A DNA stretch of 64,000 nucleotides from the human T2T-CHM13v2.0 reference genome, Homo sapiens: the NCBI RefSeq assembly GCF_009914755.1, contig NC_060936.1; one strand, 5' to 3'. This document shows positions 1 through 12,878 of the stretch, piece after piece (position 1 is the first letter of the stretch; the number at the start of each line of letters is the position of its first letter). The notes below the pieces were generated by a model. It was not told the origin of the DNA, made no database searches, and worked only from the letters and a program-made list of their open reading frames with translations. Both the position numbers and the translations under genes were made by a program.

Positions 1-1332
1 CCTGATCTGCTTGGTCCTGACCTCTCATGGACTCTGCTTAGCAAACAGGACCAAGACAAAGGAAGTCAACCCAACAGGTGGAGTTTGTTTTTCCATAACC
101 CCATGAGTTATTTTCATCCCACCAGAAGAAAATGTCTCCCAAGAGACCACTGAGGTACCATAAAAAGCAGCAGCACCCGGGTGAGGGCCTATGGTGGCCA
201 TTAGCCCGCTAAGCCATCTTATTTCTCCCTAACTACGCCAGCCACTGCTCTGATTCTTAATCAACTGGGCTGCCCCTTTCCTCTGAGATCCCTTGGATCT
301 CATCTGGTCTTTCAAAGGGTAGACAACCCTAGAGAGAGGACAGCCTCAGGTATTGTCTTAATCACCTTAGGAAGAGATTAAACCAAAGGAATGAACTGGG
401 CAAATAACAGAAATGATCCCCCTTTTTCTCTGTCCACTGAGAGTTCCATCTTCTGAAATGTTGACCTACCTAATGTGACCTTGAGAACTTAATATTATCT
501 TTGATGTTTACCATCCTCCCTGGAGACAGAACGAAGAGGATCGAGGACCTTGAGCTTTCTCTTGAGTCCCTTGGATGTGATCAACAATGACATCATTATA
601 GCTGGTGAATTTGGTTAATTCTGTTAGTGTTCTCGATTTAATTGCAGTGGTCATATTAGCTTCCATTCAAACACTGCCATATGGCTCTCCTCTTGCTATT
701 AGTCTCGTGTCTGAACTGGTGACTTAGGGATACCAGTTCTCCACTATGGGGAGCAGGATGTCCACATCCGCACAAGCATTCTTGAATAAACCTCATCATT
801 CAGGGAATACCTTTCATGATTTCTACTGAAAAGAAAATAGGCCAAGGAAATAATAAATGAAAAAAAGCTAAATAGATTCTTAAAAGGGAACATTTGCTAT
901 CTCAAGATTTAAGTACCTGGAGGATAGTTGATGACAAAGCCAGTTAGTCCTCCTACCATGGGGACACTTGAAAGGTCTTCATTAGGCACTTGTTTCAGAG
1001 ATTGGTAGGGGCTTACGGAACAAAAGCTGCTGGGCAGAGATTTCACTGCAGTGTCAGAGGGCCAGCCCCTGAAGCCTTCTCAAAGTCCCTGTTCTTTTTT
1101 GGCCATCTGGTCTTAAGTACCAGAGGACATGCTGGGAATTGGTGAAGGACAGAGAGAGATGTCTTCAGGAGCATGGTCCACTGAGGCTCTTGTGACACAA
1201 GTGGCTGTCTTTAATTTGCCCAGAGTTTTAAATGGGAGAGTGGGCACTGGCTCTGTGTTGCCCCGATGTGATCCTGCCTCCGCGAGTCCTCCCTTTTCCC
1301 CAGTGCTTTACGCTTCTCTCTGGAGGCAGTAG

Positions 1333-1700
1333 ATGGCTCTCTTGGGTACTGATTTCTCCATCATTTGCTCACTCACACCTCCAATTCTTTTGCTGTTTTT
1401 CTTGTTTTCCCCCCTAAAGTGTATTCATGAATATAGATCCCTCCCTCTTATGTTCATTGTTTCTTTACTTCTCCATCAGCTTTTTCATTCTCCAGTTTTC
1501 AGCCTTTTCTGGTCTCTCCCTCTCATCTTCATCCTCCAATCTGCCCTTTCCTCTCTCAAGCTCTCCTTCTCCTCTGTATTCTACTCACCATTTTAATTCT
1601 GTATTCTCTCTCTCTGATTTCCATCCTAATATCTCCATCTTTTTGTCTTCTCTTTTTACCCCTTTCTCTCTGTCTCTTCTCCACAAAGCACTCTCTGAAA
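1333..1700. repeat. CT-rich low-complexity (polypyrimidine-biased) tract
   Basis: Long stretch dominated by C/T on the + strand (ctctcc, ttttct); it produces spurious L/S/F-rich ORFs. Confidence 0.6.
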
Positions 1701-2974
1701 GCTGAGTGTGTGTTAAGATAGACTTTATCCGTGCTTTGATAAAAACAAGAACTCAACGCAGAAATATTTTACCCAGACAGCCTTAGCTCTCCGTTAATCT
1801 TTAGGCTCAGCGGTGGCTTGCACGCTCATGTCCCATGTTGTTATTCCACAGGCATATATTTAAGGTTGTATTTCACTCCAGGATAAGATTGATTTTTCCA
1901 AGATTAGTTATTAGTTCCTGAAGTGGGCCGTTATTATGGATGAGGAAGCTAAGTGGATTGAGCTTGGTGTTGTACGAAATACATAACAACCAAGCCGGAA
2001 ATAGCACTGCCTCATGAAGCTATGCAGGGGCTTGGAGGTCATGGCCTCTGCAGAGCCTCCTTGACTCCTCAGGCCAGGGTCAGGTACTCTGCCTAGGTGC
2101 TGTTGTGCTATGCATTCTTCTCCTTCGTAGCCTCTATCTCCTGCCTATGTGCTCAGCTATTTCTGCCAACAAAGCATAATCTCACACACTGTCTAGTATG
2201 CAGTGGGCAATCCATGCATGGAGTCCTCAGAATGCCAGGAGATCCTCGTGAGAGCCTTCCTCCTATGCAGCCTCTTGTCTGCTCACCTCTAGAGTGGTGG
2301 AGTTTCTATGGGTAGCTGCATTAAGAACTCCCATTCATATGAGAAACCTGAGAGCATTTCACTTCAAATAGATATCCCCACTGATTATTCAACATTTTAC
2401 TTCCAGGCCTGTGTACTAGGAAATATAGGCATTAAGGACACCAAAATAAAGAAAGACCTAGCAAGAGGTCCTTCTCCAATCTTTAATTTAACTTTCCCAA
2501 TCCCAATGCCACATTTTGTCTCTTTGCAATTGTCCGAAATGACAAGTCTCCTTGGCTTTGCCCTTCTGACCCCATTGGATGTGAGCTGTGATCTCTGCTG
2601 GTGTGGTTCATGGGCCTGGATGGAGAAGTCACTTCTGCTGGAATTTTCCAATGTATATTTTCACCATTTTAATTGCGAACATATCTTCCTGATCAGGACT
2701 TGTGTAGAATATGCTATCAGATTTTCTGGAGATTAACATCCTCACATGATTTTTGTTTGCAAATAGGTCTGCAGCCTGTCTTTTTTTCCCAGAATTATTT
2801 TCAGCATTATGAACAAGTTTCAAAAATCACTTGGTTTTAGTGCGGCATTTAGTACACAAAAATGTCATTGAGCCCCACTATGGTTATGGGAGCCACCCTT
2901 ATCCACAAAGTCACATTGCTTACAAACTTGCCCAATTTGAGGAATTTCAAAAACTTACTTGTCCTACAAGAGTT

Positions 2975-3127
2975 ACTTTCTGAGGATGACAGGTAAGTTT
3001 ATTATTATCTTGAGTGTAATGATGGTTCATGGATGTCTACATATGCCAAAACCTATCACATTGCACATTTTAAATATAGGTGGTTTACTGTGTGTCAATT
3101 ACACCTCAATAAAGCTGTTTAAAAAAA
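2975..3127 (+). mobile_element. Old L1M (L1MB/L1MC-like) 3' end fragment
   Basis: ttattatcttgagtgtaatgatggttcatgg...gtcaattacacctcaataaagctgtttaaaaaaa matches the old L1M 3' terminus, with AATAAA and an A tail. Confidence 0.7.
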
Positions 3128-3554
3128 CCTCACTGGATCCAAAATTCTCTCCCTTTCCCATACCTGAAATGTAATTATTTTGTTTTGTCTCGCTGTCTTT
3201 GGCTTCATCAATCACAGTCATTTGGTTCTATCAGTTTTGATGAAGCAAACACGGCTGGTAGAATAAAAATACACCCGACAGATTCTCTCATTCTTGTGCC
3301 AATTAAATGAGTTTGCTTACTTTTTAACCACTGGGATTCAGAGCTGTAAGTAGACAGAACTGGAATTCAGATGAGGAGGAAAAGAGAGAGAAGTAATTTT
3401 GGAGCCTAGGAAAGTTTGGAGAATGAGGGGACAGGGTAAAGCCACTGGGTAACCAACCAGGTTCTGGCCCCAGAGATAAAAGCGTTAAGTGAATTTGTGT
3501 CACAGGTCCACGTCGTTACTGATCAAAGAACGGTCCTCTCCTTGTGTTCGTTAG

Positions 3555-3760
3555 GGTAAATGGTGGATATGCAGCTTTGAAGTCAGGCACACACGGACAG
3601 GACTATGGGCCCCATTACTGATTAGATGTCTGACCTTTGGTAAATTTCTCAACTGACTTTAACTTCAATTTCCTCATGTGTAAAAGGGCATAAGAATCTT
3701 TATCTCACAAGGGTGTTGTGAGGTCCAGGCAGGATGATATAAATGAAGAAATTGCCTTGC
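3555..3760 (+). mobile_element. MIR SINE
   Basis: Core motif tgacctttggtaaatttctcaac...ttcaatttcctcatgtgtaaaaggg...gttgtgagg. Confidence 0.7.
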
Positions 3761-5239
3761 CCAGAATACTTATGTTTCTCCCCATTCCTTTCTAACTTTT
3801 TCTTACTTAAAAAATATTTTACATATATATTTTAAAGCTTCATTAAATTTATTTAAAAATGTGTATAAATGTGTTTTTTTCTAATTACATAAGTAATCCA
3901 TTCTAATCATTTTGAAAAATGCAGAATACAAATCAATCAATTGGGAGGGCAGGAATCTCCTTCCCCGTGAGTTCTTAAGAGAAAACAAGCACGCCAACAT
4001 AGCCAACATGTAAGTGCTCACTGTAATCTGGAAAGACCCCTGTTACGGGAAAGTGGCTGTGGATAGGAGATGGGAAACTGCAGGCATACGTTAGGCTCAC
4101 TACGTTATTACCTTTGGTCAGCTCTGATTTCCTTTCTACTTGTTTTTAGAGATACCGTTGTCTTATTTTAAACACTAGGTAAAATAAAAATTTGGGATAC
4201 TTTTAGATTGTAACGTTCAAGAATGCTTGCTCAGTGTTGAGAGCAGAGGGTGGATGTACCACGTGATCCAAAGCGGCTCTTGCTGTTCTGCTGTTTCCTT
4301 TTTAATAAGGCCAAACCCGGAGCACCCAGTCGTACTCTTGACTTGCTGATTTTCCCGACTTCCAAGCACAACAGAATTAGCCTGCAAGCCCCAGAGCCTC
4401 TGCACTATCGCTCACTCCTCTTCCCTCCAGCTCCGGCTCTGTCGCCCAGCCGTGCCTGGTCTCTCTACTTCACACGTCTGCTCCAGCATCTCTGCTCCCC
4501 CTCCAGTTGTCACATCACTTTGCACACACACAATATTTTTTTTCCTTGCCAGCCACTCCACCATCAGTGCCAACCAACCACTCCTTTATATTCCTCAAAT
4601 TATAGTCATGCTATCGAGAGCTGGAAGAGACTTCAGGGTCTTCTACCTCTAGTGTTGCATTAGTGCCTAGTTTGAGTAGGTACTACTCGAGTGCCCTGAA
4701 TCTGATATCCTTTCTCCCAGCTGTGTGTGGCCTGGAATGCACCGGGAGGATGGGGCAAAGTGGAGCAAGAGATCACTTGCTACGTGCAGCTGGCCAGGAT
4801 CCCCTGGCACCACTGACTCTTAAAGCCAGCGGAGGTTCAGGAGCCCCTTAATTTTGGCATCTTGTGTGTCACGAGGAAAAACTCTTCTCTCTAAAGAGTG
4901 CATCTGCCTGTGCTTCTCTTAAATCTAAAAACCTCCTGTGTACTTCCATAACTGGAGGGTCCGTTTCAATCCCTACCCACTAGCCGTCAGTGTCCTCACA
5001 GCCTAGCCAGAGTCCACTGTGCCCCCACTCCCAGACATGCACACAGGACACCGCAGCCACATACGCACTCCCTTGTCTACGCTGTAGGTCTTTGCACATG
5101 CTGTGCCCTCTGACTAGAATGCTCTTCATACTTTCCTACTCAGAAAATGTCTGGTCAAACCCTTCTTGGTGTTGCCTTGCCTATGTCTGTGGGCACCTTG
5201 CATGTTACCATGAGCCCCTTAAGACCCTGATAATGGTAA

Positions 5240-5450
5240 TAATAATGAAAGAGACAACATTGGCAACCGACGTTTATTGATTATGCTAATAAAGACTCAT
5301 TATTTTATTATCTTCTGAAACAACTTTATTATAAAGCTACATTTAGGGATAAGGAAACTGAGCTTTCTAGAGGTTTAGCCATTTACCCAAGGTCACAGCT
5401 AAAAAATGGTGGCCTGGGGCTCAAACTTAAGCTTGTCTCATTCCAGAGCC
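5240..5450 (-). mobile_element. MIR SINE
   Basis: gataaggaaactgag...cccaaggtcacagctaa...ttccagagccc is the reverse complement of the MIR core. Confidence 0.75.
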
Positions 5451-5499
5451 CAAATGTCACTGTGCCCCTCACCACTTATCATGCCGCCTTGGCAACTGT

Positions 5500-5622
5500 C
5501 TGTGAGCAAGGCTTGCTTCTCGAGGACAGGAACCCTCAGCATATTCCCAGTGCCTAGAACAGTGCCTGGTATATGCTAAGTGTTCAGTGAGTGTTTGTTG
5601 ACTAACTGAATAAACAAATAAA
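5500..5622 (+). mobile_element. L2 3' end fragment
   Basis: cccagtgcctagaacagtgcctggtatatg...gtttgttgactaactgaataaa, a typical L2 terminus. Confidence 0.65.
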
Positions 5623-8539
5623 TTTCAACAGAGCCCTCCCCTCCTCCAATAGTCCTTGAACCAAACCCAGGGACTTGGGTGGAGAGAAGTTCCTCTGTGC
5701 CCAGGAGCAGCAGCAGCAGATGGTGCTGCGGGGATATGCTCTCTCTTTACTCTTGCACCGAGCTGCTCTCTCTCCATCCCCTCTCCTCCTTCTCCGAAGC
5801 AGCCCCATGTGCTAGGAAGATGGCCAAGTGAGGCCACTAGCCTTCCAGCAGGAAACACCTGGCTGGTCAAAGCCTTTTGCAGTGCTTTGTTTCCACAATA
5901 ACCTTTTATTTGCCTCTCTCTCTTAGATTTCATGCAAAGCCAACTGGTATTTTTTTAAACAGCTGAGAACACCAGATGGAAGGGTAGGGCGAGGTGGAGG
6001 CACAGTGAAAGGCAGGAAGGGGGCAAGAAAGGGCTGTGGATGAGAGGGACGTCCTGAAACATGTGAGGTCGGGAAAATGCCAGACAGGTCAGCAGAGGTA
6101 GGGAAGGAAAAAAGAGCTGAAAAGACCAGCAGCCACCATATGTGTGCATGCACATGCACGCCGCACTTTCAACATACCATTAAAATAGAGAAAGAAACGT
6201 TCTGGTTTCCGTAGCAACAAGGCCTATTGGTGCCTCAGCCAGAGAAACTTATTGGAAAGAAAGGCATTTGCCTGTTAAGGAGCCTGATGAATCGGGAGAT
6301 AATTATACAGCATTCCACCACCACTAAAGACACACAAATACACTCCAGAAAATATTTTAAAGAGCATAGATTGTCACAAATCCCACAAAGGCAGTGGGTG
6401 GGAGTGAGGCAGCAGGCGAGGAAAAAAGGCGACTGGAACGGTTCTAGGTGAACACCTAGGGAGGGGGCCCATGTGAGGTGGAGACTGGAACCAGCTCACA
6501 GGTCAGTTGTCAGAGGCAAACATGAGGCAGAGCTTGACATACTGGTATTTGATTCTAAGGGGCCAGCACACTGAGTCCTATCTTCTTTGTCCTTTTGGGA
6601 AGTGGGTGGGTGGATCTGTCATGTCTAAACAGTTAGATCCAGTATGAGAGGGTTCGCTGAGAGCAGTGGGATCAGCGCTGTTAGGGCACTGCTTCTGCGG
6701 CGGAATGAACTGTGTGAATGTCATAGGACATCTGCTCCCCCAGATGGGGTGGGACAGAAGAGGAGAATCTTCAACACTGAGTAGAGGATTGTAGAATCTT
6801 CCTTAGGGTAGAAGGAAAGGAGATACACAATTGTACTTCTCATAACGCAGGACACTGGGCTGGGCACATAACAATTGCTATATAAAATACATAGTGAGTG
6901 AATGAAAGATGGAATGGATACATGGATGGATAGATGATTATGTGAGTGACTTGATGAATAAATGGACAAAAAAATTGTGAATAACCAGGTCCCTGACTTC
7001 TCTCCTCTTGCTCATCCCTAGGAACTTAATTGCAAATCAGTTTTGTCCTCCAGAAGAAGGTCACTGAGTAGTCAGAGGTTCCGTGGTGAAGCCTTTAGAT
7101 AAGAGTCATGCCCTGCAATAAGCCCCAAGATCTGGGGCTAAAGACAGCCCGGCATCTTCAAGAGCCTATTACCTTTGAAGATTCAGATGTGTTGCATATG
7201 TTCTCCTTCCTCCTTATGGATGATACACCTTGTGATATGCCCTTCCAGTGTTCCACCCTGAATTAGAGGGAAGAGCTTGCCCACTTCATCACAGCACCAG
7301 GACCACTTTCTGTAGCTCTTGGGGCTCAGGTGAGCCCTCAACTTCTGTCTGAGGGAGTTTTCCTATCCTCTGATCGCTGATAGTGCTCCGTGAGCCCCTC
7401 AGCTGGCCCTTTCTTTACACATTGGTGTCTAGAATCATGACTTCTTATTCAGTTTTTCCTGTGTGTATGTTGCTCCTCTCCCACTACACTAGTGGGAGAA
7501 GCCACTTGGAGAACCTCTTCATAGCCGGAGCCACTAGCAGGCCGCATATCAAAGAATTGCATATTTGCAATGCTGACACCAAGGAGAAGGACACTGATCT
7601 CTAGCCTTTAAGAATTGGCTGAAGCCATCAGACTCCACCCTCAGCTAAGATCAGCTCTGTGCCAAGAAACCCCTTGTACACTAAACACACATACACCATA
7701 CGCAACATTTTGTGGGTGATGCCTGGTTGTCTTGCATGGCAGACACGGGCTAGAGGGCTGTGTGAACTGATGAGAAAGAAAGGGAAGGAGTCAGGGAAAG
7801 TCCCAGAGGACTCATCCCCTTGCTACTCATAGGCACTTGACTATTAATGAACTGAGTCTGTCACAGTCACAACACAAAGGGGTCCTGCCAGGGAAGGGAA
7901 CGCAGAACCACAATAGACGGCTTCTTTGTCCTGGAAGTAGAGATGAGGCAGGATTCTCCTTATCACCACAATCTTAGCAGTGCGTTTTGCTTATATTTTG
8001 TTTTTTGAATAAGGAAAAGAAGGTTCAGCGAGGTTGAGCAAATTGCTCAAGGTCACATAGTTAGCGTATAGATACGTATTGAATTTACACTGTCCCTCTC
8101 CAATGTCCAGGCTGTCAACTCTGGTATTATATTGACTGTTTGGACTTAGGCTCACTGAAGGCACTGGAGGAAGCCAAAGTATGTTTTATTTCTTTGAATG
8201 AATGCCTCTTTGAAAACACAGCCTGCTTTGGGAATATGAAAGAGAAAAAACAGGTCAGAGTTCTTTTGCTACTTAAAATGAAGATGAGGGAAACGGTTCA
8301 GAACAGAGAAAAACTTATAAGTCTTATTTTGTGTAAGCATCATATTAAACATATTCCATTCCAACTATAAACAGATTTTCACATTTCCACCTTCCCCCTC
8401 CCATTACCCTGCATCAGCCCCCACCATCCCCAACAGATTGTTCCCTTCCTTCCTGTTTATATTATAAGAAATCAAAATTGGCTTCCCCTTCATTCTCCAC
8501 CTCCCACCCTGCACCATCTGGGGGTGCATAGCTCTTACC

Positions 8540-8950
8540 CCGTTTTTTGTTGTTTTTTTTTAATACTCCCTCGACTTCGTGTCCAGCGGCCCATTCGATT
8601 TTGAAGCTCCGCAGAGAGTGCCTCCAGCGGCCGCCAGGGGTCGCAGTCGAGCAGCTGGCGCCGCCTCTGTGCAGGGGAGCAGGGGCCGCTGGCCGGGAAT
8701 CGCAAGCCGGTCTCCTGTACATATTAGCGCGCAGCATTAATCAGGCCGCAGCCTCTGCAGTGCTTTCCGAGGGGAGTCAGAGACTAGGGCTGGGAATGAG
8801 ACCGGGCCTTTTCGGGCCACTAGAGCCGGGCCACCTCAACTCTCCCGCCCTAGGCTCAGAGCACACAGGGCTCAACGAAGTGCAGCGAGGCCAGCTGCTC
8901 GCCTGGCCCAGGGTCGAGCCTTGCCTCCCAGGATTCCTAAACATACGGGA
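8540..8950. promoter_or_regulatory. Small orphan CpG-island-like region
   Basis: About 29 CpGs counted by eye in ~410 bp of GC-rich sequence, in an otherwise CpG-depleted window; includes a NotI site GCGGCCGC. Confidence 0.65.
8617..8646 (+). promoter_or_regulatory. CTCF binding motif (core plus partial upstream module)
   Basis: Core CGGCCGCCAGGGGTCGCAG (8628-8646) vs consensus TGGCCACCAGGGGGCGCTA; upstream AGTGCC (8617-8622) followed by a 5-bp spacer, resembling the ZF9-11 module. Confidence 0.65.
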
Positions 8951-9799
8951 CCTGTGAGTCTGTGGACAGCAGTGCCTGCCAGGCCTGAATTCATCAGGAG
9001 TGGCGGGAGGTGGCGTAGAGGGGCAGCTCTTGATGTAGATCGGGAGGACACCTCCTCTCCCTCCCCTGCCCTCTTACTGACCCCAGCCCCTCGACAACAC
9101 AGGCCCCTAGAAGCCAAGTGGCAGCTCTGTCCCTGCACACGCGTGGGCACTCCCCAGACCCCTGCCAGTTCTCAGGTCACCCTCAGACAGATTTGGCCAA
9201 ACCTCCCATGGTCTTCTCATGTGCCTGGAAAGCCAGGCCTCTGCCAGAAGCTTATCAGATGGGAGGCAGAGCAGGGGAGGGCCAGCACGTGCTTCCTCTA
9301 GCATGAATTTTTCAACATTACATTTTCATCTCTCTGCCCTATTTCTCTCAATTCTCATCTCTGAAAAGAGCAGCGCAATTCCCTCCCACTGCCCTTTTTA
9401 GAGACGGATCTGCTTCTTCAGATTTGATGCAATTACTGGGCAACTAAGATGGAGGCACTAGGGGAAGAAAGGGGGAGCGGGAACAGAGGGGAGGGGAAAG
9501 GGCTTGTCAGCCCTGAGACCCGCAGGTGCGCCCGGGAGAAGCTGTGGCTCCGAGACGCTTGCCACTCCTGGGCAACACTGTTGAGCCCTTTTACTCAAAC
9601 CATTGAGGTGAAACACCAGGGGCCCACGATGCGCCTCCACTTTTCCTTCCTCTTTCTCCATCTGCCTCTCCCTTTCATCCCTTCTTCCCTTCCTTCCTTT
9701 CTTCTTTCCTTAGAGACAGACACAAGCACACATATAGACATTCCTATGCATGTGCTTATAATACAAGTCATGCTTGGATCTTTTATAATAAGTTCTAAA

Positions 9800-10150
9800 G
9801 GGATAAGATACTATGGGGGGGGGAGAGAGATCTGATCAGTTTGGTGAAATAAGTGGGATTTGAGTTGGATCTTGAAGAATGGGTAGGACTTCTGCAAGAA
9901 GGAGGAAGGCAGGCCAGTGACAGAGAAAAGCTTGAACAAAGACATAAAAGTGACAGATGCCACAGCAGTTGGAGAGAGCCATGAGTAGGCTGCAGTGGCT
10001 CCATAGAAGGTAGAGGAGAAGAGGATGTTTTGGGCACAAGCCTGCAAAAGTTAGACCAGAAAATGGAGAACCCTAGAGCCCAAATGAGGAGTTAGTGCAT
10101 TGGTCTTTGGACTGCAAAGCCCATCAAAGGTTTTCATGGCACAACAAATC
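9800..10150 (-). mobile_element. L2 fragment
   Basis: atttgagttggatcttgaagaatgggtagga..., antisense L2 3' region. Confidence 0.5.
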
Positions 10151-10156
10151 TGTGGT

Positions 10157-10540
10157 TGTATTAGTTCATTCTCACACTGCTGTAAAGACATATCTGGGAC
10201 TGGATAATTTATAATGAAAAGAAGTTTAATTGGCTCACTGTTCTGCAGGTTGTACAGGCTTCTGCTTCTGGGGAGACCTCAGGAAGCTTACGATCATGGC
10301 AGAAGGCAAAGGGAAAGCAGGCACATCTTCATATGGCTGGCAGGAAATAGAGAGTGGGGTGGGGAGCTGGGGGAGAGGTGCTATACACCATTAAACAAGC
10401 AGAACTTGGGAGAAGTCTATCACAAGAACAACAAGAGAGAAGTCCTCCTCCATGATCCAACCACCTCCCACAAGCCCTTTCCTCCAACACTGAGGATTAA
10501 TTACAAGATTTGGGTGGGGACACAGATGCAAATCATATCA
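10157..10540 (-). mobile_element. MaLR solo LTR (MSTA/MSTB-like)
   Basis: tgtattagt...aatcatatca termini; perfect 5-bp TSD GTGGT (10152-10156 and 10541-10545). Confidence 0.9.
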
Positions 10541-10739
10541 GTGGTTTAGGGATATTTCTTCAAAGGATGGGTAGATAAGGGATTGAGGTGCTGGGGGTTG
10601 GCAGCTGGGCATGGAAGGTTTGGGGGGCTGTTGTGGTAGTACAGATGGAGACAGTCAGGGCCTGACTTTGGGCTGCCACACTGGAGCAGAGAGTGTGAGA
10701 CACCATGAGGAGAGGCTTTACACTTGCTCCTCAACACCC

Positions 10740-12600
10740 TCTTCCCACCTCTGCCCCTCCATCACTCCCCATCACAGCTGATGATCTCCTATCACACTTC
10801 ACTGAGAAATGGGAATGATTGGAGGAGAACTCCCTTTTCTCCCAACCACCTGGTCTACACATGAACCTGTGTGTACCCAGTGTACCCATTTTCTCTTTTC
10901 CTCCTCTTAGTATGGAAAAAAATTCCCTTCCTTCCTGTTTATATTATAAGAAAGCAAAACTGGCTTTCCTCCACTCTGCCTTTCTCAAGGACTTTTCTTC
11001 CTCATTACTCCCTTTTTCTCCTGCATCGTCAGTCCCTCCCTCTTTAATGTTCATTCTCACCAACACATAAATATGCTCTATCATTCTGCAGCTTCACAAA
11101 AGTCTCCAATGCTACATCCCTCTCTACCTAGAGCCTCATCTGTAATAAAACTTTTCCAAAGTCTGCACACACTGATTCTATCTCTTCACCTACAAACTAC
11201 TCTTCAGTTTGCTCTGATCTGGCTCATTACATTACTTTACCAAAATTACCCTTCAATCTCTAACATTCTAAATCCAGCAGGTAGTTTTCTGGCCTTATAT
11301 TGGCTCTTCCATTCATATTTGGCATACTTGACCCCACTGTCCTCTGTGAAACACTCTTTTTCTTAGTTTCATGACATCATAGCTGCTTGTATTTTTTCTA
11401 TATCAGTGACCTCTGCTTCTCATACAGTTCTAGTGGCTTCTGCTTTTGGAGAAGATGAACAAATACTGAAGTGCCCCAGGACCTTGTCCCGGGATCCCTT
11501 TTCTTCCTTTCTCTTCCTGTCTCATCTACTCTCTTCTCTTCATCGATGTACTCCCATGGCATAAATACCATCTCTCCAGTGATGCCTCCAGATAGATCCC
11601 CATCTCAGAGCCCTCACCATGGAGGCCCAGGCTCTTACATCCAACTGTCAAATTGACATCTCCACCAGCGTGTCTCATTGGAATCTTAAATTTAGCATAT
11701 CTAAAACAAAACTCTTAATTCTCTTCTGTACCCAACTGCCAGCTGGTTCTGTCCCTCTCTCTATGTCCCCAATTCAAGAAATGGCATTATCATCCACCTA
11801 GTTGCTTACACTAGAACTCTTGAGTCGTCCTTGATTCCTCCCTTTTCCTCATCTCTATATCCCATCCATCAGCAAGTTCTATCAGGTTTACTTCCAATAT
11901 AGGTCTCAAATTGGCCCATTTCTCACCATGATCACTGCCATCCTGGAGTTTAAGCTGCCATGATCTCTTACCTGGCCTGGTGCAAAAGCTTTGAACTTGT
12001 CTCTCTGCTCTGCCTCTTGCCCCTTCCTCCCCATAATTCATTCTTCATGCATCAGTGAAAATGAACTTACAAAAGCATAAATCAGGTCAGATCCTTCCCC
12101 TGCTTAAATGCTCTTCTTTGATTTCCCATCACACTTAGAATAAAATCCAAAGGCTTTGAATGGCCTCCAAGACTGTCCACAATGTGGTCTTGCCCCGCTT
12201 CATCCTCACCTAGTTATGATCACTCCCTTCTCAATATGCTCTATATACAAAGGTTTCATTGCTGGTCCTTGAACATGGAAAGCTTTTTCTCTGTATATGG
12301 CCTTTGCATCTCCTGACCCATGGACCTGGATTATTTGCTCTCTGCCTGGGTCTTTTTATAAGAGACTCCCTTCTCATCCTATAAAGATGCCTTTTCTGCT
12401 CATCCTCATGCTCCTAGCTATCCCACATCACCTTGCTTACCTCCTTCATGACATTGCTCACACTCTGCAACACAGAAACTTATCTGTCATCTATTGTCTG
12501 TCTCCTGAGAATAAGAAACTTGTCTGTCTTGCTCACCCCAATATTCTCAGCACCAAGCAAAGCCCCTGGCTGTGAATTAGCAGTGTTATACATTGGGTAG
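10740..12600 (+). mobile_element. Long L2 relic
   Basis: Diagnostic blocks: cttcactgagaaa, gtgccccagg, atccaactgtcaaattgacatctccac...cttaaatttagcatatctaaaac, atcacacttagaataaaatccaaa. Confidence 0.8.
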
Positions 12601-12878
12601 AAATGACAGAATCTGGTGAGTTATCCTGTATATAAAGCAGAGTGATGGAGAAGGGAGGAGTTTCATTAAGGATGAGAATGAAGAACCCAAAGAATGCAAA
12701 TACAATTCCAGTGAGAAGAGGCAAAGGAGAAAGTACAAGCTTTGGGTTGGTGAGGTAGGTAAGGTGCTGATTTTATGATGGGTTTGAGGTGCCTATGGGA
12801 CTTTTAGCTGTTAAATGGAGATGTAAGCCTATAGCTTGGGAAACAAGTTAGGGCTAGAGATATAGATTTGGAAAACAC

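Noticed and set aside
1333-1756. Hydrophobic, membrane-like ORFs
   Set aside because: Produced by CT-rich low-complexity sequence
8462-9306. Overlapping ORFs of 90-136 aa in the GC-rich patch
   Set aside because: Mostly non-ATG starts and no recognisable domain; expected from the scarcity of stop codons in GC-rich DNA
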